Shown here: piece after piece, positions 36,780 to 48,899 of the stretch | Layout: every line of letters starts with the position of its first letter | Position numbering within the stretch: position 1 is the stretch's first letter | Notes under the pieces: generated by a model | The model's database searches: none | Told to the model about the DNA's origin: nothing | What the model saw: the letters and a program-made list of their open reading frames with translations, nothing else | Position numbers and translations under genes: made by a program | Assembly (NCBI GenBank): GCA_015680685.1 | Contig: MNCI01001451.1 | Location: 424,723-488,722 of the forward strand | Source of the DNA: Gnetum montanum | Taxonomy: Eukaryota > Plantae > Gnetophyta | Direction: 5' to 3' | Length of the DNA: 64,000 nt

Positions 36780-39660
36780 CTTGAAATATCTTCATGGTAT
36801 GAGAAGAAGTTAGAAGTGTTGGGTATAGACGTATGGAATCTCTGCAATTGTGCCTCAAGGTCCTTCATCCTAGCTCAAAGTTGCAGATTTTACTCATGCA
36901 TCATTCCTTGTACTCATAGAAATGCTTATATATGTTTCTCTATATCTATTTTTAAATATTTGTGACTTCTCTTTACATACGAGAGATCACACTGAGCAAT
37001 CTATAACTCAGTTGTTTGTTAATGACGTTTATCTTTTAGCTCACTATGTAGTCTAACTGTAAATGTTTGAATCACATACAAATATTTTCTTTACTTTACC
37101 TACAAATCTTCTTCCAATTTCTTGAGTCTTCTCTCAAGAACTATGATTACTACATCATGAAAGATGAGGTATCTATTGTTTAGGAGGTTCATCTTCTCAT
37201 ACAATGTTATCTCACTTATGATCAATTGACAAAGTTTGGTATACAAGGTGTAAAATTTCTACTTCATCTCACTCCTTTCTCTACTTGTTCATTCATTAGA
37301 GCCACAAGTATATGTAATCTACACATCTTAACATTCAAGGTATTTGATCTATCACATGAATCTTTGTAAACTCATCCATCTCCCTAATTATCTTTTTTAC
37401 CAGCTCTTGCTACAATTTCTAGTATTCTCTCTCTATATGAAGGTAATTGTTCTAAAATTGGGTGATGATTTAACTCTCATACTCAAGCATTCATACTTGT
37501 TGAAAAAGAAAAGTACAAGTTTTTCCTTTTCTTAGCTCATTTTCTCTTATTCTTTGAACTAGTTTTTTAACATCTTCATTTGTCTATCCAAGTCATCTTT
37601 CATGAATAAGGATTCTTCCCTCATCTATCATGTTTTGAATAGTTTAGCTTGTATCCAATTGATCTACACCTTATGTGTAATTGTTAAAGGTGCAAGTATC
37701 AATGGTACAATGATTTTCAATTGTTCTTGTAACGATCATACCTTAGCTTGGCTTCACTAAAACTCCCTTAATTAGAAGGTCCTGTCAACATTGGCAATCT
37801 TAAGTTCAGCATGCACTTTTACAAGTTTTGTATCCATAGAACTATCAATATTCTTGAACATAACTTCAGGACTTAGATCTACCTTTTGCTCCTCTTTTAC
37901 CTAGTAACTATCTTTAGGTTAGTTAGTGAATGCCTAGAGTTCTTCTGCCATATGTTGGACATTGTACATGCTATATGTTAACTTGTACAATTAGGAAATA
38001 CTCCTTAATGAAACATGAGTACAAGACTGAATAGGGACCTCATGATGGATCACATGTGGATCATTCATTAAGGGGAGAAAAAATTCTAATATATCATTCC
38101 TTATACTATGTTGACCCATAATGGCTTCCATCATGTCTATGAAATTACTAGTAAGATCTCATGATTCTTCAATATAAATTATGATAGCTTTCTCCTCATC
38201 TATAATGTGCATTATGGACTAAAACTCATCATTAAGAAGAGGTTTCTAGCTTTGCCTGATGTTGAAACTAGGTGGTCAAGAGATTGATTGACTAGGTTAT
38301 TGCATCTATGTGTGTTTTGATGCCTAAGATATCATGGTTATCCTTGTGAGATGTCCATAAAGCAAGTCTAATGGCTTGATGCATTATGCCTTAGTGGAAG
38401 GTATCTCATCCTTCAAGTTTGGTACTATCCCAACAACCTTAAGACATCATCTTGGAACTATGATCATAACCTTTTCTAGGCTACCATGCTTGTAATAGTA
38501 GGATGCTTTCCTACATGATGTAGTTTTTTTTCTAGATAGCAAAATTTTTAGATCAAACTTGGAAAGACATACACCTCCCTTTAGTCCTTAGTCACATCCT
38601 CTATTTTATGAGTTAGGGATTTAAAGAGAAAATATGAGATTTTGATGATACATATCCCCCTCATTAACACCATAATTTTAGCCTCCTAAGCTAAGATACC
38701 TAATTGTATTTTAGTGGACAAGAAATTATGGGTGATAATTTTATACATTGTGTTTTTGACTAGGGGAAGATTTGGCATCTTTACATCCTCCTTGGCCATG
38801 TTAAAGTTCTCCTAAAGGACTTTTTTTCTTAGTTTAGATTCAGTATTTTAAGTCCATGACCACTAATTATGCTCTATCTCATTAGGAAATCCCATGACCC
38901 TAGCAATTGCACATGTGGATATGGAAATAGGAATTCCACCTAGAAATGACATGGTACCCTAATCTACAAGATTAAGGTAGAATTCCTCTACCTCATGTTG
39001 GTACCAAGTGAAGGTTTGAGTAACATAGCCATAGAAGCTTGTATGCTATAGTAACTCCTTAAGCTTAGGTGGATCATGAAATAGTAAAATGCCTCCCAAA
39101 ATGATGTAGTATGTCTGCAAAAAAAATTTTAGAACAAACTTGAAAAGACATATACCTTCCTTTAGTTCCTAGTCACATCATCTATTTTTAGAGTTAGGGC
39201 TTTAAAAAGAAAATATAAAATTTTGATGATACACCTTGCCATCATCAAAATCATAATTTTATCTAGCCAGGCTAAGATACCTAATGGTCTTTTGGTGGAT
39301 AAGAAATTATGGATGATGATTTTGTAGAGTGTGCTCTATAGGAAGGGAAGCTTTAACATATTTACATCTTTCTTACCCATGTCAAAGTCCTCTTGAAGGA
39401 TTTTTGTTTAGAGTTTTAGCTCAGTATTTTAAATATATGACGACCAATTATTTTCTACCTTATTAGGAAATCCCATGACTCTAGCAATTATCTATGTGGA
39501 TATGGGCATAGGGATTCCATCCACAAATGATATGGTACCATTAGCTGCAAGATTGAGGTAGAATTCCTCTACCTCATATCATTAGTAAGTGAAGGTTTAG
39601 GTAACATAGTCATAGAATCTCATATGCTACAAAAATTTCTTAAGCTTATGTTGATCAAGC
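36780..39660 (-). pseudogene. Element F env-like/Transposase_32-like ORF with C-terminal coiled coil; the N-terminal domain is tandemly duplicated
   Basis: KLKELL*HTSFYGYV...EVEEFYLNL...SFLGGIPISISTCAIARVMGFPN...ISYFLFKSL...VFPSL occurs twice. The 3' end is approximate. Confidence 0.7.
38517..39657. repeat. Diverged tandem duplication, period ~580 bp
   Basis: CAAACTTG.AAAGACATA.ACCT...TAGTCACATC...GGTAGAATTCCTCTACCTCAT...TTAAGCTTA starts at ~38554 and again at ~39135. Confidence 0.9.
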
Positions 39661-40257
39661 TTAAGGAATTGGTGGTAATTTTTCATCTTGTGAATTACTC
39701 GCTACAACACATCATTAACACATACATTCTCTTGTATGACACTCATTTTCAAGTCATCACTTACTAGCTCCTATGACACTTATTCAACAGAGTGTTGCTG
39801 AGTGTGTGCTTGATCCAAAGATCAAGAACATAATGGTATATCTCTAAATATTTGTCTTAGTGAAAGCCTTGTAAGAATGATTTTAGGATTTGGTAGTGAA
39901 TGTTCTTCCTCCTTATTTAGGATCAGTCAATCATGTGTAGGATCATAGACTAAAAATTGATATTTTTTAATCTCCTTCTTCCTTGGTCTACAAAACCTAG
40001 AATGTAATTACCTTAGCATGATGAGCTATGGAAGATGTTAAAAATCAAGTGAGTTTCTTAGGAATTATACTACAATTATAACAACTACACATTAGAACAA
40101 CGATAAGCATAATTCGTTGGAGCACAAGAAGAACATTGCCATAACTACTGAATTATGACATGCATGGCTAAGAAAAAAACTAAGGTAGAAATATTCAAAT
40201 AAATATTAAGATAATTAAGTATATGCTCAAATTAATTCATTTTCCCAAGAACATTAT

Positions 40258-41017
40258 TGATGAGCCACGATCTCGTGTCCTACCTCATCTTTTATAAATA
40301 AGAGGCAGCACCCTTTATTCAAGAGAGTTAGACGTAGACCCTTAGCCAGATTCTTGCAGCTTTGTTATTCCAGAGTTAGAATTATTTTTGTGTGCCCACA
40401 GTAGAAGTCATAGAGTGAACAGATCTTTATTCGAGAAATTTGTACCTGAGCATAGTTTTGTGTACAGCAATAAAGACAAACTTTATGATAAACCTTGTAG
40501 CATACAAATGAAGCTAATTAGTAATTAATGATTGTTTAATGCTTTCCTAGTTAATTAGTATCTCTCTCAACCTTCAACCCCCTTAGTTAAATACACTCAG
40601 TACGACCACTTCGAGCATGCATGTAGCACTTGGTAACCTAGTAACGATTAATGTTTGGTAATCCTAGCAGCGTTGCATTGGTTCAGGATGTGTACAAGAA
40701 GTGGGAACGGATACTGGTGTTAGGAACATTTAGAACTTAGTTAATGAATAGTTAATGTAAGTTAGTCACTTAGTTCTCTCTCCCTTTCTTTTATTAGCAG
40801 GAGACATAACTAGACAAAAAGCTATAAAAGTCATATACCTTAAGCTTACTTAACCATACAACTGTGACAATACAAGTTAGTTTGGGAAGACAACAATTGA
40901 TTAACCCTGAGTGTTCCATTAAGGTGTGTAAGCACCTGGTCCTTGGAGTTCAACTGGATCGCATGTGAATTGGTTGTATTCGTATGGTTGAGTGTAGGGG
41001 TACTTTGCCACTCATCA
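40258..41017 (+). repeat. Element B 5' LTR
   Basis: Direct repeat of 46217-47022 but 46 bp shorter, lacking the GATATC palindrome block. TATA-like TATAAATA at 40293-40300. Confidence 0.95.
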
Positions 41018-41161
41018 TTGGTGCCATTGCCGGGGACTTAGTTTTTTGTGTGCTGCATAGAACATAGGAAATCATTCATATCATTGGAACGTTAGAATGA
41101 ACCCTTAGGGCTAATCAAAGAAAGATAAGACAATGGTAAATTGCACACCAAACAAGACAAG

Positions 41162-44100
41162 ATGTCTTCTTCTTCGCATAAGAGCACTTCACCGCCTATG
41201 ACTAACACAAGAGGAAGTCGGCGACATAATACACATAACTAGAATCTGCCAGTTCCTTAATAGTTTCGTGTGGTATATACTCATCCCAATGAGTATGCAC
41301 CCGACTTCACCTTTATTCTCCACCAAGATGAACAACTGCGTTGGAGAGCCTTGGAGGTTAACATAGTGTTGCCTCCAGACCGATCAGTCCCCAACATGCT
41401 CCTTCGTGCTCTCTCACGAATAGGCATGCTGCTTTTATATGCAAAATATGTTGCATGCTATCATGACACAAGGGACTATCATCCCACAGAAATGAAACGT
41501 CAAAGGGACTTACGACAAGAGAGATACCATACATCCTTGAAGGGTAAATGGTTGCATGACGCTCCACACTTTTTGAGCAAAATTGAGAATGGTGAACTTG
41601 CTTCAACAAGTTCCCCACGAAATGATGTTCCTCCTCCTAACAATGATGAAGAGGTAGTGTATCAGAACCTCCACTCCACTATTCACAACCTTGGTTTTGA
41701 TACCCATGAACACGAAGTGTTCAACAAAGGAACACAAACACACGATAAGGGTAGATGTTCTGATCGTGATCACGATCGTGGCTGAGACCACTGAAGAGAA
41801 GGTAGAAAACACCATCATGGTGATGGTTCTCCTTCTTCTTCACCTTCATCGTCACCTTCACCCTGTCCTTCAGTGTCCGGATGCAGTCATAGGGAAACCA
41901 ATTGTGAGGATAAGGGAAAACAAAGTGAAAAATATTGATGGAACAGTCGAGAACGAGGATGAGGGCACTCTAAGGAATTAAGGCATAGAATAAGGGAGAG
42001 TAGGGAACCGCATAGACACCATAGACGATATGAATGAGATGATCATGAAGAATCCCTACTCGCAACTAGAAGCATGCTAGATATAACAGAGGCCGTAAGA
42101 GTTCCAACACGGCACCAAAAGGATAGTAGGATCAAGAGGTTAGACATGAACAACATCCCACGATTTGAAGGGGGATGCAACACTGATCCTCAAAATCATT
42201 TACAAGCATTTCACGATGCATTTGCCTTGCAAAACATAGAAAACAAATGGAAAAAATTGAAGTTGTTCCCAAAAATACTAGTGAAAGAAGTTGAAAGCTA
42301 GTACCGGTCCTTAGAACTGTAATTTATTCAAAGGTGGAGTACAATGTTAGAACTATTCAATGATAAGTACCAAACATACTCCCAAGTGTCTAACTTGTAG
42401 AAGAAAATCCAAGGATAGAAGCAAGGAAATCATGAACCCTTGGATGTTGCCATGGACTGCTATTACACATTGTTACATCATTGCCCTAGCCATCGTTATT
42501 CGCAGTGGGATCAACTACACCATCTCATGGATGGAATTAGGCATGAAACAAGAAGAACCCTTGGGACGTATGCCCAAGGAAGGTTATCAGAGCTTAGGTC
42601 TCATCAAATTCATTGATTGCTAGAGCAGGTAGCTAAAGAAAAAGGTGAGCTATGAAAGAGAGAAAATGCAAAAAAATATAACCAAGATCCTTCCCTTTGA
42701 AAAAGAGGAGTGAGATTTTGTGAGGAGGAAGAAGAGTCACCACTCGAAGAGATGGTGAATAGGAAAAATTTTCCTCTCCAAAAGTTAACAATAGAAGTAT
42801 CGGCAAAGGTAGACCAAATGTCGGACTCCTTGGATAGTAGGTTTGAAACTGTTCTTAAAATTGTAGAGGAGTCTAGGGAAAGAGGTAGTGATCGTGACAA
42901 AAAGAAAAAGAGAGAAGTGGAAAATGCACATAACAAGGGTAAGGGTAAAATGGCCATCACAGAAGAGTTTGTGGATTTAGACACAGACAATGATAGTGGA
43001 TGCGAGATATGCCAATATAATCATCCTAAGGGATGTTGCCCAGTGATCTCACATCTACAAGAGTCTGAGGTGTATGCACTTAACCCACGACTAAATAAAT
43101 AGCAAACACCCTGACAGTTACCTTATCCCCAAGGTAACCCAAGGCAGTTCCACCAACCTTCAACATATTATCCAAGTGGAACTCCACCACAACCCATTGA
43201 GCAACATCAATAGTGGTAATACCCACAGTCATGGGGGATGCCACCACCAAGGCAAGAATACCCCTACTGGCAACCTGACCCATATGGCTACTACGTGTAG
43301 CATCCAATCTCTCCATGTGACTCTATTAGTCACATTACATCACAACATCACTACCAAGCCTATGAGTATTATAGAACTCCTTCTTCTAGGGAAGATAACC
43401 CACAAACATACCATCCTTCAAATCCATCTGCAACTCTCACACCAATAACTCCATTACCATCCGCTCTAGCAATGCAAGGGGAACTCCCTACTCACCCGCA
43501 ACAACGCAATGCTGCAAGGGCTGTAAATCCTCAACTCGCTGTTGGTTTTGATAACCATATGAAGAAAAGACCTTTCTTCAAAGCCAACAGTCCAACTAAG
43601 CCCTTACAACCACAAGCGGTTGAACCTCTGAATGCCTCCCCATCAAATAAGGCTTCAGAGCTGCCTTCGAACCAAACATTGAGCTGAACGCATACGGTTA
43701 TGTTAACACATGCCGTTACTAACTGGATTAAGGTTGACCACCTTCCCAGCAAATTCTCTGATCCTGGAAGCCCCCTAATCTATCTCCAAATCGCTAGGAT
43801 TGAGCGATGCAAAGCTCTTCTAGATTCAGGTTTTGGAGTTAACTTAATATCACAAGAAATGTACAAAGCCTGGAACCTGCCTCCATTAAAGAAGAGTAAT
43901 ATTCGCCTAGAGTTGGCCAACCAATCCATCATTGTTCCCTTGGGATTGGTGGAGGACATCATCACCACTGTGTGTGGGTGGTCGTACCCAGCTAATTTCC
44001 TAGTGATACAAGTGAATAACGGTAAAGGGGACTTCCCAATAATAATGGGAAGGACATGGCTAAGTACTATAGATGCACGCCTAGGTATTCATGATCCTTC

Positions 44101-44218
44101 CATGGAAATATCTAAGGAGAATACTTTTGGAAAGATCAAGAAGAAGAAGGTTCCATGCATCCCATACAGTGTACAGGGTGCAATTGCATGCAGAAATCAT
44201 GGGTTGTGCAAAGTTTAG
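41162..44218 (+). pseudogene. Element B gag (long N-terminal extension) and aspartic protease
   Basis: ATG 41162. Gag KLKLFPKILVKEVES*YRSL...HHCPSH. Zinc finger CEICQYNHPKGCC. Athila-type protease DPGSPLI...ALLDSGFGVNLI...LELANQS...PIIMGRTWLST (ORF 43700-44218). Confidence 0.9.
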
Positions 44219-46216
44219 CATTACTTGTATGCAATCGGTGTGCACAAGACATTAAGATACAAGAGTGCCTGTATGCAGTGGTCACACAACATGAAGACAC
44301 CTAGTGGCTAATAGCTGATCAAGATAGCAACTCACTAATGTGCATGGAACTAACTGAGCCCTCAGTTCCTTTTAAAGTTTTTTTTTACATATTTTTGTTT
44401 TACAAATTTCTTTAAATTTTCTTGTTTTTATTTTTTTGTTTTTGTCTTTGTCTGTTGTTTTGATTTTGTTAGATTTTTCACCTAATAAGTGCTCCTGATG
44501 GTGGTATGAACTGTATTTTATGGATTGCTAATGTTTGGTTTTTACCTTTGAGTTATAATGTTGATACTAAGGTATGGTTCTTTTGATATAATAGGCAATG
44601 AGTTCATGTCATCCATGCATCCATGAATTTCTATGATCTCTCTTGGCTTGGAACTGTATAGTCCCTTTCTTTAATAATAAAACTATTTACAAATTGGTGA
44701 TTGGGCATTTCTCAAACTAAGGAAGGATTGAAGGATTGAAAAGGATGTGACTTCAAAGGGATTTGATGCATTTTTGCTGGCTATTCTCTTAGGTGTTTGG
44801 ATGTTTTCTTCTTGAGTTTTCCTTAGCATTCCAACATTGCTCCATTATTGGGAAGCTAAGCCAATAAAAATAAGTCTTTGCATGGTGTGGTTGTCACGCA
44901 GAAAAAAAAAAACAAAACAAAACAATGAGAATTCAAAGCACACCCCTTAGAAAAAATAATCATCTGGGCTACAAGCATTGGTTATGGAACTAAACAAACA
45001 TGTTCCCTCTAACTAAGGCGCTCTCTCACTTCCTACTTTTCCCTTTTTTGTTTCCTCGGAATGGAGGTGACTCTTTCATGAAAGCATTCTTGTTACTTCA
45101 AGTGGATGGGTTGGCCGAGTGTATTAATGCAAAGTCACTAGAAGTGGATTGTTTGAGGCTGGATTTGGAATGAGATCTACTCAGTCACATTAACCATAAA
45201 TACATAAGGGGTTGTACACCACCTTGTTCTTAGGACTCCATTCCATTCTCTTCTCCCCATCATTATTTCTCCATTTTCCACCTCATTGCCAGTTATATTA
45301 GTCGTCTATATTTTGGTTGATGCATTGTTTTCTCCTTGGTGAATTCTTAGGGTTAAGAATTTAACTCTTGCTTCCAAATGACATTTCCAGAGCCTATGAA
45401 CTCTTTGAATGTGGGATTGTCAAGGCATAAAGGGCATGAGCGTGCTTTGGGGGGGATCCACTAGCATTCCTATTTGGTGCATCAATTAACTTCTTTCCCT
45501 TAAACATTCCTGCAATCAACATTTGTTGAGTTCATTCCCATCTCTGACATCCATTTTATCAGCGTTGCCATTGTTTCTTTTTCTCCATATTTCTTATTCC
45601 TTATGTTTTTCCATTCTATCACTACCGGAGGATTGCTCTTAGTCATGGGGGCCTTGGTCCAATTTTTTTAATTTTCCTAACCCCTACACCTTGGGTAGTC
45701 ATCAGTGTTATATCTCTAGAATCCATATTAGCCATATCACAACTCAGCCAATGGACCTTACACCGAGGCAAGGTATCAACTATATTATGATTTACTTATT
45801 TTTGCTCATATGTGATTGTGTTGTTTGTGCAGATTGAAATTATACAGCAATGGACTGGACGTACAGGAAACACTCAGGATGGACTGGTGCTAGAACAGTT
45901 GTCCAAGGAACAAGACTGATGACGCGGTTATAGATGGACAATGGAAGGCGCAATCCTGGCATCGGTAGCAACATGCCTTTTTCTTTTTTCTCTCTCTCTC
46001 TCTCTTCTCTCTCAGCTGCTAAATAAGGCTGGATGTCAATTGTGTATAGTGTTCATTCTTGTAGTCATGAATACTAATATTGTCATGTCTTGTAATGATT
46101 GATCCATTTACACGTCATCCCATTCACCATTAGTTTTCATTCAAGTAAATAATCCCATACCTTCCCAATATTTTGTAAGGAACTCAAGGACAAGTTTTCA
46201 TTCAGTCATGGGGGTA

Positions 46217-47022
46217 TGATGAGCCACGATATCGTGTACGTGATATCGCATTCGCCACGCGATATCGTATATGCGATATCACGTCCTGCCTCATGTTCTA
46301 TAAATAAGAGGTAGTGCCCTTTGTTTAAGAGAGTTAGACTTAGACCCTTAGCCAGATTCTTGTAGTTTTGTTATTCCAGAGTTAGAATTATTTTTGTGTC
46401 CCCATAGTAGGAGTCATAGAGTGAACAGATCTTTATTCGAGCAATTTGTACCTGAGCACAATTTTGTGTATGACAATAAAGATGAACTTTATGATAAACC
46501 TTACAGCATATAGATTAAGATAATTAGAATTAATGATTTTTTAATGCTTTCCTAGTTAATTAATATCTCTCTCAACCTTCAACCCCCTTAGTTAAATACA
46601 CTTAGTACGACCGCTTTGACTATGCGTGTAGCACTTGGTAACCTAGTAATGATTAGTGTTTGGTAATCCTAGCAGCGTTGCATTGGTTCAGGATGTGTAT
46701 GGAAACTGGGAACAGATACTGGTGTTAGGAACATTTAGAACTTAGTTAATGAATAGTTAAGGTAAGTTAGTCACTTAGTTCTCTCTCCATTTCTTTTATT
46801 ACTAGGAGACATAAATAGACAAAAAGCTATAAAAATCATATACCTCAAGCTTACTTAACCATACAACCATGAAAATACAAGTAAGTTTGGGAAGATAATG
46901 ATTGATTAACCCCGAGTGTTCCATTAAGGCATGTAAGCACTTAGTCCTTGGAGTTCGACCATATCATGCATGAAACACTCATATTCATATGGTTGAGTGT
47001 AGGGGTACCTCACCACTCATCA
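46217..47022 (+). repeat. Element B 3' LTR
   Basis: Direct repeat of 40258-41017, followed by TSD ATTAT. Confidence 0.95.
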
Positions 47023-48899
47023 ATTATAATAAAACACACAGCTTGAACTAGACAAATAACATCAACAAGAAGAATAATAAAAGAAAGTATGTAATATAAT
47101 TACTATAAATCAATCTTTGATAAAGTCTAGCAGAGTTTTTCTTATTTGGGGCACCAGGGATAAGAAAAACAAATAAGAAGAAAGAAAATACCATGATAAA
47201 TGAATTTGGATCCACCCCTAGTTTATATGGGTTCATTGATATAGAGGGGGATGCACTAGTGTAGGGACACTAAAGCCACTACATTAATGTAAGGAGTGCA
47301 TTAATGCATATTCAAAATGATAAAAGTTATTAATTTTAGCTACTCATGTTGTTTACTCATCTTTTTCAATGCCCAAGAATACAAATAAATATAAAAACTT
47401 ATCTAATACATCTTAGATCAAATTGAACAAGTCACAAGAAGAGTAAGAAGATCAAAACATTAAAATATAATATTGGGTAACATCCAAGCTAATGGAATAT
47501 GATTTAAATTATCAATTTCATGCATTTCCATGAATCAAGGGCTAGTAAAAACAAGTTAGAGAAATGAAAGGTAATTAAAGAAACAAAGAATTAAATAAAA
47601 AACACAATTGAGATAAAGTGAGAGAAGTTTATCATGATCAAAACTTGAAGCTCATAGAATTTACACTCACACAAATGGGAGCCTAATCAAGTGTCTTATT
47701 GCATGTAATCACTACCATATCTAGGAGGTAAGATTGAGGTTATAAGCTTATAATGTCAAGATATCAAGGATTCACAAGTGAATCCTCCCCATAGCAAGCA
47801 CCTACCTTTCTTTTCCTTGTAAACCCTCTTGATGGAACACCCATGGATTTCCAATAACTAGTAAGACATAAATAGTAAACACAATTTCATCCACTTGGAT
47901 AAATAAATAACATCCTCTTCATTTCTTGATCAATTGCTTGTCATATAAAACAATGCATAGAGTGAATTTAAAGAGATGGAGAATGAATGATAGATAAGAG
48001 AGAAAATATAAGGGTGCAACATTACTAGATTTTGAATTAATAATTCAATTAGCTCATGAGAGTACATGAGCATGTTCTACATCCTACAAGAGATCCAATA
48101 TCACATCCCTTTAAAGCTACTTATCCATAAAATAGGGATTGACCTCTAAGTCCCCTTTCTAAGCATAAGGTCACACCTACAACTTACTAGCATCATTTAT
48201 CCTTGATTTTCTTGTGATTTAACGATTGGTAAAATTGAATTAAGTTAAAATATCATAGATTATCTAGAAGTCAAGATTCTAGTTTGGTTTTCCTCCATCC
48301 ATGCACGTATGCATTGTAGGTTTCCCAAATTTTGTTTTACCAGAAATCTCTTATCAATCCGTTTGATTGTGCTAACAAATATAATCATAGTAGTGATTTA
48401 ACTATCATCACCAAGTGATTTAAATTCTTATGATGCTTATGATTATGATTTGAATAAGAGATTATGATCTTGAATCCTATGAATAAATAGATTTAGGATT
48501 TTTATGGAAGCAACATATAACATTACCAAAGTTTACTAAGAGAGATACTTATAGGTCTTCATGTCCATGGGTAGGGATGGAGTAGGAGATTATCTTATAC
48601 TATTATATTTGAGAGTCAAGTGATCTAGACAATAGGTTGAACATGAGACAGTCTATACGTGGATATTGATTCAATTTTCTATTTTGATGTTGCTTAAGCA
48701 ACTATACAATTGGTCTAAGATGGTACAAATACCAATTTGAATGAATTGATAAGTTTGGGATCATTTCTCTCTTTTCATTAACTCTTCTTTTCTTTATTTT
48801 TATTNTTCTTTTTATCATAATAGAGGATCTTTTGATGATGTGTGAGAATTTTGAGAATGAAAAAAATGCAAAATCACCACATAGAGTCTTTAAATTATA

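Larger units (their letters stand above)
40258..47022 (+). mobile_element. Element B: structurally complete non-autonomous Athila-type LTR retrotransposon (gag and protease only), 6.77 kb
   Basis: LTRs 40258-41017 and 46217-47022 with TGATGAG...CTCATCA termini. Perfect TSD ATTAT. PBS TGGTGCCATTGCCGGGGA (tRNA-Asp) at 41019-41036. PPT ...AGTCATGGGGGTA before 46217. No gap and no room for RT/INT. Confidence 0.95.

Noticed and set aside
43228-43240. Third PPT-like AGTCATGGGGG inside gag (also 57846-57858 in C)
   Set aside because: It is explicable as conserved S-H/R-G-G codons and is not present in A.
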